A stretch of DNA of 60,947 bases, the filler included, from Sphacelaria rigidula (lineage: Eukaryota), in assembly GCA_964200075.2 (NCBI GenBank). It is 3 parts of 3 records of this genome, joined end to end, with 100 filler letters (N's around TTAATTAATTAA, not from the genome) between each part and the next. Parts side by side here need not be neighbours in the genome. Positions count along the whole stretch, not along the records: positions 1 to 20,251 come from CAXNAA020000552.1; positions 20,352 to 40,599 come from CAXNAA020000553.1; 1 more part is not named here. The stretch is one strand, 5' to 3'. A program made the position numbers and the translations under genes. How positions within the stretch are numbered: position 1 is the stretch's first letter; every line of letters begins with the position of its first letter. The notes under the pieces were generated by a model that had not been told where the DNA came from, ran no database searches, and saw only the letters and a program-made list of their open reading frames with translations. This document shows, piece by piece, positions 12,054 through 24,213 of this stretch.

Positions 12054-12182
12054 TATGGCCTGGAGGAACTGCCTTCGGAGGGACCAGCTCGAAAACCTGG
12101 AGGTAGATGAAGCTCTGGTGCTCCTTCCGGGCGGCCGTCAGCCATTCCACAGAGTGAGGCGAGGCTTACCTCCTTGAAGGTG

Positions 12183-13460
12183 TTAGTTACAGGGATGGCC
12201 ACTGGAGAAGTGACCTTGTGTAGGTCCACAACGCTGATGTAGTGACTCACTTGTTGCATTAGCGAGTACGACTCTTGGCGTGCAGCGAAGTCCACGGCAA
12301 GCGCCAGCTTGGTTAGGGCCGGATAGAGAAAAATTCTTCGCGGCGGTAGCCGCGGGTTTAGGTGATGATGATGTTGCCGATCGTAGTTGCCGCGTAGAGC
12401 CGAGCGGTGCTTCGTTCGAGTTGTCTGCTGCGTCCAACTTGCTGATGCCGTTGAAAAAGTGGCCGTTGGTGTTGTCGTTGATGATACTGTCATCGGCATT
12501 GTTGCTGTCCAGCGCGACGTCCTCATAGATTGGGTCGTCGCTATCATCTTGCCCCCGAGCGCCGGTTGTGGTGTAAACAGCGACCGGCGGCGTCTCTATG
12601 AAAGTGACGTTGCGGGTGCTGATGACTTGCCCTGTGTGGCGGTCATAGATTCGGGAGGTAGGCTTATCGTTGTCGTAGCCGATAAGAACTCCTTCGCGCG
12701 CCCTAGGTTCTAGCTTGCGTAGATGCCCCTCATGGTGGACGAAGGCACGCGCCCCGATGGTGCGGAGGAAGGATCGATCGGCGTGCTTGCCGAACATCCT
12801 GTAGTAGGGGGTGCTCCCGCCAATAGTTTTGTTCGGCGGGCGGTTGAGGAGAAAAACGTAGTGGCCGCCATATTCCCCCAGAGGGACTTTGAAACCGCTG
12901 CGCCATTGAGAACGTCACCGGACCACGTCCATGATTGTGCGCCCGTCGCGCTCGCTGAGGCCAGCTTGCTCCGGCGTATTGGGCGAGCTGAACTGTTGGA
13001 AGATCACGGTGGACTTGTAGTACTCGCCGTAATAGCCGGCGATAAATTCGCCGCCACCGTCGGCCCATAGGTGCTGAGTTCGAAGTCCCAGCGGTATAGC
13101 CAAGTCTTGCACTTATTTGACGAGGATTGTGAGCGCTTTATCCTTGGTGAAAATGAAGTAGACGGCTTTGAGCTTGCTGTAGTGGTCGGAGTACTTCGTC
13201 ATGTACCTGAAGTTTCCACGCACCGGGGGCGTCACGGGTTCCAATAGGTTCGTACCGACCGATTGCAGCCTTTCGGAGATGATGGTTGAACCCGGCTTGT
13301 TTCGAATCAGCTGTCTGACGCCCTTGTTGATTTGGCAAACCTCGCTCGAGGTCAGCGAGTCGGTAAACTGAACACCCGTCTCCGCGATGTCCCGCGCCAC
13401 CGACACAGTGCGCTCGGTGGGATCTCCCAGGCGCTGGTGCCACGTGTTTGCCCCCACCGC
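12183..13460 (-). pseudogene. Copia integrase region remnants
   Basis: WHQRLG, DGGGEF, SPNTPEQAGLSERDGRTIMD, FLRTIGARAFVH..KLEPRAREGVLIGY. Confidence 0.9.
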
Positions 13461-13793
13461 CGGCATGCCGGTAGCCGGTTGCACCGGCAAAGGGGAAGTT
13501 AAAGTGGCTGGCAACCCCGACGTGGCCGTCAGTGCCGGCGTTGTTGCTGTGGAAGCTCTAGATGCCGCTGTGGCCCCGCTACGAATTAGACGTGAGGCCA
13601 CTGCTNNNNNNNNNNTCCGATCGGCAGTGTATGTCCAGAGATGACTCTAGTTGGAGAGGCTGCCTGCGCACGGGTCTTTATTGAAGGGGCTAGCTTGAGA
13701 TCGAGATAATCGATAGCGGGGCAGTCGATATGTTTTCGAAGTAGAATCTCGAACAGTGCGACGTCCAAGTATGACTGCTTGGCGACAACCGTG

Positions 13794-15560
13794 TTAACCC
13801 ACTTTGAGTGCCGCCGTGCCTCCCGAAAGCAGGTGACGCCCTAGCCCCGGTACGTTTACGGCCGGCAAGTAGATGTTATAGGTCGTGCCGCGGTCGTCGA
13901 TGGCGCTCACGGTGACAGTGGCCATGCTGACTCCGGCGAGAGTGTTGTTGCCGGCAACGACGATCGTCACCGGCGGGTCGAGCCGGTTGAAGTCGGACAT
14001 GCGCGATTCGATATCTCTAATGAGGTGGCTGTCGACGAAGTGTGACGAAGCTCCGCAGTCCGACGCCATGGTGAACTGGATTGGGTCTGGGTCTGGTGTC
14101 GAAGAGCTGGCTGCCAGGAAAGAGTAGCCAATGCCGGACGGGGGGGGGGGGGGGTACGGGGGCGGAATGTAGATTGTTATACGGTTTAGTCGTCGCTGAT
14201 GGCGCGGGCGTAGCCGCTGCCGCTGGAGCTGGGGGTGAAGCTGTTGCTGTAGTCGTACAGCCCACGGTGACAGCCGGGTTGGTCTGTCCTGAGTTCGATC
14301 TTCCGCCACTCCGACGTCCGTTATTGTTGCCGCGGTTCCGGCCTCCGCCACCGCCGCCGCCGGCGTTGTTGTTGTGGTTGTTGCTGTTGCTGTTGCTGTT
14401 GTTGTTGTTGTGGTTGTGGTTGTTGTTGTTGTTGTTGTTGTTGTTATTGTTGTCGTCGTCGCCACCATTGCGACTGGCTCCGTCGGTCCCGTTAGAGCCG
14501 TCGTTCTTTTGCCGTTGCTGCTTCATGCAGTCGACGTTGTCGTGGAGATGCGTTACGTGGTAGCTGCACGACAAGTTGCTTCTCCGGCCAGATGTGGATG
14601 GCGAGCCAGCGTCGTGATCGTTTTGCAGGATGAAGTAGGATGATTTCTTGTGTCTAGGCCTATTGCAGTGATCGCACATGCCCCGAAACGATGGAGTCGC
14701 CGTCATAGCGGACTCGCGCCATTTTGTGCGCGATGGCGCCGACGATTCACCGCGCGCCACGCGATTGGCGAACATGTTCCGAGCAGTGATCTCGATCTCT
14801 TTAAGCGTTATCTCGGGATCCCTCTCCGCCGCACAGCGAAGTGTCTCGTACTCACCAATCAGGCCCTCGAGAATGAGATCCTGCATGCGGGCGTCCGATA
14901 CGGGCTCGTTGATCTGCTCGAGCTCGTCCCGCTTTTGATGCATGGCCAGGATGTACTCGTACGGGTCTTGATCGGGCGCCTTAGCATAATCAAAATGCGC
15001 CGTCGTTGTGAGGAAAAAATGAGGGGTGCGTTTTGTTTAGAGCAGTCTACGCGGCTTGACCGTTCGGCTTTTGACCCTCGCGCGCGGCAAGGATACTTAT
15101 GAAGCTGTTGGTCGCTCCCTTGGTGGACAGCAGGAGGATGCTGAAGAGCTGCCTGTTATAACCATCCCAAGCGTCAAAATCTGATTAGTTGCTAATCGAC
15201 GGATGGGTGAACAGGTCGTCGGTAAGGATTGTTGGCGTGGGGATTTCCGTGAATCGCCCGCCGGGCAGGCCGCCCTCAGCTCCGATGGCCTCGGTTCTTC
15301 CGGTCCTCCCGAAGTAAGCGCTGGCGCCGGTGTCGCCTTCTGAGCCTCTCGTCCTGCGGGTTGAGACGGTTGGGCTGGTCGCAGTCCTGCAGAATCCTGC
15401 GCTCGTGAGTGACGGCGGGGCGAGACTGGCCGTCCAGAATCCAAGACTTTTCGCGATGACGAAAGTCAGCCGTTGCGCGGAGTGTCCTCCGCCACGGCAC
15501 GAAGTGGTGACCATCGAACTTGCCGATGTTCCTGATGAGTTGACAAGCCGCCGAAGTGGA
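13794..15560 (-). pseudogene. Copia gag-protease remnants
   Basis: LILEGLIGEYE (UBN2-like), degenerate CCHC knuckle, SDCGASSHF protease motif. Confidence 0.85.
14365..14460. repeat. (GTT)n-type trinucleotide repeat in copia gag (poly-Asn on the minus strand)
   Basis: Direct observation. Confidence 0.95.
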
Positions 15561-15758
15561 CTCTCCCATGACAGGCACTGGCGGTTGAACTAGAAGCAGT
15601 CGAAGATGGAGATGGTCTCTCGCCGAAGTTGTTCTAGACGAAAGTCTCTGGGGAAATGCGGTGGTCCTCGGAGGTTCTCCCTCGGAGGTGCTCCCTCGGA
15701 GGATGTGGCTTGAAGTGACAGACCTAGAAAAACGTCGATGCGATTTGCTGATCAAGGT

Positions 15759-15772
15759 CGAGACTCATAACC
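15759..15772 (-). promoter_or_regulatory. Copia primer-binding site, half-tRNA(Met) type
   Basis: Minus strand GGTTATGAGTCT directly follows the LTR CA; complementary to a CAU anticodon loop (cf. GGTTATGGGCCC of Drosophila copia). Confidence 0.75.
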
Positions 15773-16229
15773 TGAAAGAACGTGGAAATTCTTCATGCGG
15801 CGTGATATCTCGAGAAGATGCACAGGGCCAGCACGAGGTGGCGGCAAAGCACAGTTGCTTGTCGAAAATACTGATATTGGAAATTGGCGCTGGTGTGGCC
15901 GAGAATCTCAGTGAAGAGAGTGAAGACGAAAGATGGAACGAGAGGGTATGGGAGCAACCCACGAGTACCCTCGGATCAATGCGCTACGCTAAGTTGTTGC
16001 TTATGGGAATATTCTTACTTCTGAGAATCCTAGGGTTTTATATTAACCCCACAGAGTCCTAGAACAAAGAAATGAGAATCTTAGAACCTTGCACTAACCC
16101 GACAGAGCCGGAAGCTCTGCTAACAATCTTAGAATTGTTGCAATCCTCTAAGGATGCGGAGGTTGTACTGCTATTTAATATGGGCGACTATCGAGAAAAC
16201 AGACCGATAGCAAATCTGCTGTTATAACA
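15773..16229 (-). repeat. Copia 5' LTR
   Basis: TG...CA, homologous to 9355-9931. Confidence 0.92.
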
Positions 16230-18668
16230 AATCGGGGTCGGCTCATTTGGGGCATAGATCGTGACCTGTCCGAGGTGTGTTATCAACTGTCCACGTTTGT
16301 CCGATGGTGATCTGTAGAACCCGCATGACCCGTACATGATCGCCCAGTGACAAGCTGTACGACCTACGCCATACACACGCGTTCATGTACAACTGATCTG
16401 CAGAACTGTGTCATCCGCACCACATCATTACATAGTTGACATCTATACAACTCGACTTATTCAATGCAGCAGGTTGTCATACACCCGTACGATTCGCATC
16501 CATGTATACCAGAAGCTACCCCTTAACTATGGATCCTGAATCCAGTATACAAGAAACGGTTTCCCGCACCCGTAAGATTCGAATCCAGAATACAATGAAC
16601 AATTTTGCAGTATATTTCACCTTCTAACCTGCATGACCCGGGAACATCGTGCATGTCCACAAGTCAGTAGGTTGACAGTGTCAGCCTGGGCACATGGAAC
16701 ATGAAGCTCGTATATTTCTTCCGAGTCGTTATACTGCAGATGTGCACATATTTTTTCCAGGGCACTTATCTCTGCATGTCAAAAGTTGAGCCAGGCTAGT
16801 ACGACGGTGTTGAACAGCGTGGAGAGCTTTGATTTGACTTGACTTAGAGCAGGGCTCCTCACGTGGTCCCCCGTCGTCGTACTCGACTGGCCCGACGCTT
16901 GAATTTCGACGTGCCACGATCGTTGAATTTTGCAACGTGTAACGATAAGTGGTCTGTTTTTTCCCCCGAGGATCTGTAATGTCAGAGTTTGTCCACAACA
17001 AAAACCTGGACCCTAAAATCTAGTGTGCAGCCTCAGAAAAAAAAGAAGTTGACTGAAAAGCTAGGCTTTTACTTGTTATGCTAGCACGGGTTCTGTGTGC
17101 ATGTGACCCTTCATTATTTTCAAGATGATTTTTTTTCAAAAACCGTCCTGGCATAATAAGCAAACGCTTATTAGAAGCGCACCCCTACCCTTGAATCACA
17201 ATCCTCGCCCAGGACTAACTAGTGACGTGTACGGGTATCACTGTGGAAAATTGATCTGCTCGCATGCTCAACACGGTGTAGGTGTGGAAGAAACGGAATA
17301 TACCGCGAGCTCAGGAGCGAGGTCATCTCTCACAAGAAGCATCACGATGATGACAGCCGCCCCCATTCGCTTCACTCAGTCAGAAACCACAGCAGCGGCC
17401 TCTGAGCACTAGCATTAGCAGCGCAACAACAACGTCAACATCCGCAGAAGGGTAGCCCGATATGTTTGTTGTTGAGTCGGCGGGAAACAATGATAGCACT
17501 AGACCCAGAGGGTTGTGGTTCGTGTAGTAGATGAGACGTATGTTCAGTTGTTCCAGCGGCAGTACGGACGACTGTTTTCGCATTCCCTCGTTCAGGGTGC
17601 GCGCGCACTCACGCGTAGCGGGAGAAAGAAGAAACGATATGTTGCTATATGCTCAATTGAGTCATCATGACGCTGTTCAACCAGCGTCTGACAAATATTA
17701 CGCGTGAAGAGTCCTCAACGTATACATACTGCCAGCGTTAATGAAGCACGGATACCTCCCGCACGCGTTCCCGACGACCAGCCGTATGACCTGTGCGATC
17801 TGTGGTTGATCTGTATCTGTATGACGCGTTTAACCTACACACTTCTCGGTTGTTGACCTCTAGAATCCAGTCGCTTCGTGCACATATGCTGATGAACGAT
17901 ATGTATGGCATTGTGAATCGTACAAGTACGCTTCATGGTGATCTGTATGACCCGAGAATTCGTACGAACCTCACATTGTTGTTTTGTATGATCTATTGAT
18001 CTGTACACAATGTCCTTGGACACACCTGTGTGATCCGAATTAGGTGTCTCGCAACGCCAACAGCAACCAACAGCGGATTCTCGAAAATGGGGTTGAAACA
18101 AAATGAGTTTAAACTTTTAATCCGTGCTTCCCCTGACCTAAATTTATGTCAAATGACTTTCATACGGACGACCTCATCCCTCCCGACCTCCCTAAACCTG
18201 TTTCGGGGGATTTCTACCCTTCCGTTTCCCTAGAGCGTATGTGCGAAAGCATACTTTTGCCTAGATTTCGGGGTGAAAGAAGGACGTTTTTTGGCCCAAA
18301 AATCGTGCTTTGGCACATACCCGCGGAAGGCAATAAATCCCTCGAAATAGTTTAAGGGAGATCGGGAGGGATGGGGTCGTTCACATGAAAGGTATTTATC
18401 ATGAATTTGGGTCAGGGAGAACACGGCTTTTGAGTTGAACCTCATTTATTTGCTTTTCAACCTCACTTTCAGGAATCCACTATTAACCTGTGTGTCCTCA
18501 TAACCCGTACAAGATACGTCCCTCGTGATCGATGTTACCCGGATCACGAGTACCTTTCCATGACTGGTTGCACTGTGCCATTTGAATCGTGTCCTCCTGT
18601 GTGACCCCGGCTGGTGCGTCCACATATACCGAACGGTGTAAACCGCCGCCCAGAATAGACGGGACGAC

Positions 18669-18669
<1 letters not shown>

Positions 18670-18703
<34 letters not shown>
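18670..18703. repeat. (CA)n microsatellite
   Basis: Direct observation. Confidence 0.97.
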
Positions 18704-18706
<3 letters not shown>

Positions 18707-19293
18707 ACCTGCATAACTCAAATGACACGGGTAATGATATGTCCGACGTGTGAAAACAAGTAATTTGTACCCATCTCATCTATGTTTGAACTGCCATGAT
18801 CAGAATGAAACATGCCACTAGGCAGCGAAGTAGTCCACCTCTAGTCCACCTCTAGGAGAACTACGTACTCATGTTGACGACCGTGATTGGTTCTATTGGT
18901 CATTCCGCGCCTCTCGGGCCTCGTTCCTGGCTTCGAATCTTCTGCGGGAAACTTCCAGACACATGGTTGACTTGGTGAGCTTTTTGGCTGCTCTGCGGAC
19001 AGACACCCCCCCGTCAATAACTAACCCCCCCCGGCCACTTGAAACCTCCGAATGTCTCCCGACTGTCAGCCTGTGAAACTGTTCCGAGGCGACGCTTGCT
19101 GTCCAAGGGTTAAGCTCTCATAACTATTTGTCACCCGGATGAATTGGGTGATCCGCTTGTCTTATTCGTCGTCTAATCAAGGGGGAGATGCCCATCTGCT
19201 CAAAAGTTCGGCCAACTTTTCTTTTTGATTAAACACCATGTATGTGGAGTAATTACTATACCGTGCGGTGATAGTGTCCATACTAAATACTTC

Positions 19294-19531
19294 TGCTGAG
19301 ATAGCCCCCCCCCCCGAACCGGCCAAAAATGTGCACGGAGGCGATGATCATGAATGCCGTTAGAGCTCATTTCGTGCTGCACGGCGCGATGCATTGGGCG
19401 TTTTAGCTGAGCTCGGACTGCAACACGCCTCTCATGTGGGCGGAATTGCTGCAGACGAGCCCATTAGTGGAATCGCAGCCGGTTTGTCGGACGGTCTCCG
19501 GTGCACTTTTTGTGGGGGGGCTATCTCGGCA
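19294..19531. mobile_element. Possible MITE
   Basis: TGCTGAGATAGCCCCCC ... GGGGGGCTATCTCGGCA inverted termini. Confidence 0.55.
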
Positions 19532-19604
19532 TTAGTCTAAATTCTATACAAAACCCGGAACGATATATACAGCAGCCGATGATGACGATTTTTGGTGTGA
19601 GCGT

Positions 19605-19805
19605 GCTTACCCTGGAGCACGGGGGAAACGATCGATGCCCTCACCCTCACCTAATTCGCCATCTATCCATGGCGTACACAAGGTTCTATACTGAGCTCCA
19701 TGTACTTCTAGCAGAGGCGCTAAATAAATGCACTGAATATCTATTTCGTCTCTCAGTTTGAAAGTTGTGCGTTGAAATTTGGTGCAGAGAATCGCTGGGG
19801 CGTAA
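19605..19805 (+). repeat. Dispersed repeat, homologous to ~36636-36850
   Basis: Shared GGGGAAACGATCGAT, CATCTATCC, AGCAGAGGC, TCTCAG..TTTGAAAGT blocks. Confidence 0.65.
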
Positions 19806-20251
19806 CTACAAAACAACTCTCAAGAAGCTCTTTGAGATTATCTTCTTATTTCATGTCCCCAAAACAGCCTGGATTCGTTTTTGAGGTTCAACATTCAATT
19901 GAGGTTCAACGGACCATCGAAATTTCATTTTCTTTGTTCGGAAGGCTCGGGGTTCGCAACCGCTTTCGACCATGTGCCCCTAACCCAGAATTTTCTGCAC
20001 GGCAGCGAAAGAATGATGATGAGCAGTCCAACAGAAAAGCCGCCGTCATTCATTGTGCGGCATCTTCTGAGCGACCCCTGCGTCCAAGCGCTGGGGAACA
20101 CGTAACAAAGCATGCTGAAAATATGCTTCTTTAATCTAATCATTAAGGTTTCGAGCGCTTCTTGTTGAGTATCTGAGAGAGACTTCATACTGTTGCGCCG
20201 GCGACGACCGCCGTCAGCGAAACGATCCAATGCGGCGGCAGACGCCAACGA

Positions 20252-20351
20252 NNNNNNNNNNNNNNNNNNNNNNNNNNNNNNNNNNNNNNNNNNNNTTAAT
20301 TAATTAANNNNNNNNNNNNNNNNNNNNNNNNNNNNNNNNNNNNNNNNNNNN
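20252..20351. other. Scaffold gap with TTAATTAATTAA spacer
   Basis: 100-nt N block with a central TTAATTAATTAA, same layout as 40600-40699. Confidence 0.95.
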
Positions 20352-21223
20352 CCTGGTACCCTTATCCATATGCTCTCGTTGAATTTCGTGTCATCGATCA
20401 CTTCTATAATGTCACACAGGTATTCCCTGACTAAATACCCTACTCCCCCCGCTTCCCTGCTCTTGGACTTCTGTCCCTTCCGCTTTTTACCCATCCATGC
20501 ATAATCTTCAACTTTGCATCCCATCTCTACCCCCTCTTTCTCCCATGACTCTTGAATTCCTACTATATCTAGGTCGTGTTTACTCACTAGTTGCGCTATC
20601 TCTTCTCATTTGCGCTAGTCTGTGGCGAAGCCACACACGTTCCACGATCCTATTCTCAACTTCTTTTCCGAATCATTATCTGCTCTCTTCTTGTTCCCTA
20701 TCCTCTTCCCGTCTCTGTTACTTCTACTTTCCCTTGCTCGATTGTTCTGCCCCTTGCCGGTTTGGGCTTCGCCCATTTGTTTCGGTGTGATGTGTCCCCT
20801 CTCCTTCCCCTTTCGGGCATTTACGTGTTCCTGCCTCTCTTTCCCTCCGTTTGCTCGTGCACTACGTCTTAGGTTTGTGATTCCGTTAGCAATACATACT
20901 CTCCATCCTACCCTTCTGAGCCATGCCGATACGTTACTTGTTTCTATCCTTTCCCACTCCTTGCTCGCTCTCTGCTTCAGTGTGACTCTGAAGTACTCTC
21001 CCTCCCTTTCTACTTTTCCTCTTGTCAAACAGTATAATCCAACTCCATCGCATTTCTGCTTTAACTCTACTCTCGTCATGTCGCGACGGACTCCGAATAC
21101 CAGGACTACTAGTACCTTACCCGACCATTCTCTACTCCTCTATCCGCCCTTCCTTACCGCCACTCTCTCGACTTCCTTCGAGAGAATCTCCACCTTGTTC
21201 ATTTTCATTGCATTGGTGGGATA
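20352..21223 (-). mobile_element. LINE 5' part (APE endonuclease N-terminus), truncated by the gap
   Basis: LRIGSWNVCG, DIVGIQESW, AGGVGYLV motifs; paralogous to ~30833-31709. Confidence 0.9.
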
Positions 21224-23384
21224 TCTTCAACGTACTGGAATATCCCAATCCTAGTACTCGTTGGGGGTCTGACTCCTTTCAATTCTTTTGCTGGCTTACC
21301 GACACTAAATAATGTAGCCTGAAGCTAAGTTCGACACCTTTGACACAAGCACCCCACGTTTGTGCCAGGCGATCTTCGTGGTAAACCATCCAGGCGTCCC
21401 ACGATCGTATCTTCTACCTTCTTGCCCCGCTGCTGTACTGGTTACTTTCCTCCAGGGAGATCATTTTCCTCGTATAAGGTTCAAGGACGACTTGCATAAC
21501 ACAAGGTCTTCCTCACACCGGGATGTCCCGTACATCACTCTTCCCACTTCGAGTACGATTCACCATGGGTCGCTACTCCACTGATGCTTCCGAATAGACC
21601 TTCGCTGCCGAAAGCTTGGCCAACGATTCCCCCACACTTTGTACCAGCTTCTACCCTTCGAGATCTCAAGAAGTCTACGTACCGCTTGATGCTCCTTCTC
21701 GTAGGTCATGTGGTCGGCCATTGGCTTATTAAAGTGTTTGTTTCATGAGTGCAGTAGGTCTTGGCATTTATGTCGTGCATTGTCCACCCCTTCCCTTCAT
21801 GAGGCGCGTTTTGTACCTAATGTCGGAAATGTTTTGGAAATGGCTGACCAGACTTCCACCGCTCAATGGAAACCGGTGAGGTTTTACGGGTATCTCACCA
21901 CGAGACCCCAACCTCCATGTGAGTTTGACATGGAGGGGGTGATGACCCTACCCTCTCCGTACTGGTTATATCTTTCATACTTCAGATTTGCATGTAAGGT
22001 GGTCAACCTTCACGCCGTTGTTTACCTGTCTAGGTTCTGGATTAATGTTGTGTCACGTTAGAACTGATATTGTGGGGGAGGATCTCGGTTGTTTTCCGAC
22101 TTGATATGGAACAGTTATGGGCGCGCCTGACCCCCCGAAATGGGCCAAAAAGGTGTCACCGACCGATATCACGAACAGACACGAACAGACCGATTTCTGG
22201 AGCTTATCCAGGCTCGTGGAGTAAAATGCGCCTCACGTCATGGGAGTAATATGCGCCTCACTTCATCAGAAGAGAACGGCATGAATCCAAAATTCAAATC
22301 GAAAAAAAGTGGACTGCCGTCTCAAACCAGAACCCTACCGTTACTTCCGTTATTCCTCATATATTTCACGCCACTGCGTCACCTTTCGTCCACGCTCGCG
22401 ATACCCTGGCATGCAAGGAGGCTGATTGGGTTGAACCAACCCAACGCACACCGAGAACACTCGGGCAAGGGCGGTACATGCATTCCCTGAAGAATGTGAG
22501 GCCTTGGTAGATCCCAAATCGACTTCTGTGGCGCAGATTTCAACGAAAACGCGTTGTGCGCACCCGAGGTGTACACGGGACCGTCAGCCGTACTAACGTT
22601 CCGATTCTCGCTGTACGCACTCAAATCAAACAATATTAACCATGAACATTTGTAGCCCAACGCCGGTAAGTGAAACCAGGAAGCTGAACCATTTTTGGGC
22701 GGATCAAAGTTGGGTCAACATGATGTGCTCAACATGCGACAAAGCCGTATGTACTGATGAACTTCAGCGAGGCCGGCTCATACACAGACGAGTGGAGTGC
22801 AAATAGTCACTGGGTGTGTAATGTGGGCCGGGCGGGTGCTGGTCCACCACCTCGTCATGGTTTGAGGAGCTTGATTTATCGGCTGCCATGATTCCACAAC
22901 TTTTATCGGACGAACGACTATCGTTCCAAAGTGTATTTGTTGTTGCGTGGGCATGGCTTTTCATTTGATGAATGTGATATTGATTAGCTCTTTGACCGCG
23001 ACGGTTTGGTCACATGCTGAATCGGCATCATTTTCCACTTGAAAAAAGTATGCATGGCCCAGATGGACTACCCTCGCGGTCTAGGGGCTCATCGGACTCC
23101 AAAGATGTTGTTTTGCAAGAGGGAATGAAAACAAACGGTCGTCCGTCACCCACCATTGCCCATACAACAGATGCGTGTCTTAGGACGGGTGGGTCCACTG
23201 AAAGACATGATTGGGGCTTCGGTGCCATGTGGCTTCAGCGAGAGTGGACCAACGACTTTGTGTCGTCTGGGCGCAGTATACTTTCCCATTCGGGAGCGTG
23301 AGTCGGTCAATCTTGATCTTGGTGTGAAAACCGAAATCCGGATCTTTCACCGTTGCCGTGCTCCTAGCATTCTCCCAGCGTCCC

Positions 23385-23515
23385 AGAACGCGTTCTTGTC
23401 TAAGTCGGCGCCTGGGGCGCCGATTCGAGGTCTGGCAACGCACCCTTCGCCTACGAAACACATTGCATCCGCCTTGCCCGATGGTTCTCGGTATGCCTTC
23501 GTTAGGGCCAGTGTT
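23385..23515 (+). repeat. Dispersed repeat family (copies at ~53240-53420 and ~57850-58050)
   Basis: Shared TTGTCTAA..TCG..GAGGTCTGGCAACGCA..GGTTCTCGGTATG blocks. Confidence 0.7.
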
Positions 23516-24213
23516 TTAATTTGTTCTCTCCACTGCTGCGAAGTCGCGAAGATAATTCTTGCTTCTGGGGGCTCGGTCCAAGGTTCAAATTCTGCAACAT
23601 TCCACATATCCGATGTATCAACCATCTGCACTATCACGAGTCATCCATGGGTGTCATCTTTTCCGAATCCGTTACACAGGGGTGAGATTTTCGCGTTTTG
23701 TCGAGACCGGCGAGGGTTGGGGGTGCGTGTTTGCGATCACAGCCCAATCTGTTCCAGAGAATACTCATCGCCACAGCCATCGATTGGGATGCGACCTTTT
23801 GCATCCTCTGCGCCAAGACGACAGCTACAATTGTACAGGTTGAATTCTTTTATTTCATTAGGATGCGAGTTTTATAACGAATTGACTGAAGAAAACATAG
23901 TTTTGTGATTTTCTCGATCACCGTAACGTCTTAGGTAAAACGAACCGGTGAGACTGTAGCTAGGACAAATACACGCCGGTGCGTAGCCGAGCCACGCCGT
24001 GGTTCGTCCTCCTCCGGCACAAGGAAACTTCAAAAGCGTGCAATGGAAACCCTACTCAAATCGCAAGTACTTTGAGGGATTTTGCGGCGTGCATAGTCAG
24101 AGGATGAACGTGATCTCCGGTCTGTTCGCGCTTTCGGTCGGTGACATTTTTTGGGCTCACTTTGGGGGGTCAGGCACGCCCATAACAGTAGATCCGTTTT
24201 TTCGCGATTCCAC

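Larger units (their letters stand above)
9355..16229 (-). mobile_element. Near full-length degenerate Ty1/copia LTR retrotransposon
   Basis: Paired LTRs; flanks GATCG / AATCG (5-bp TSD, one mismatch); domain order gag (CDHCNRPRH knuckle), protease (SDCGASSHF), WHQRLG, integrase, RT (LYVDDLLI), RNase H (IFCDNKG). Confidence 0.95.

Noticed and set aside
15530-15560. CTGATGA motifs as hammerhead ribozyme cores
   Set aside because: No properly placed stem II and GAAA at the sites inspected by eye.
20296-20307. TTAATTAATTAA motif inside N runs (also near 40644)
   Set aside because: Identical artificial gap spacer with stops in all frames; an assembly artefact.
23156-23908. 250-aa plus-strand ORF
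   Set aside because: Overlaps a dispersed non-coding repeat; no recognisable domain.
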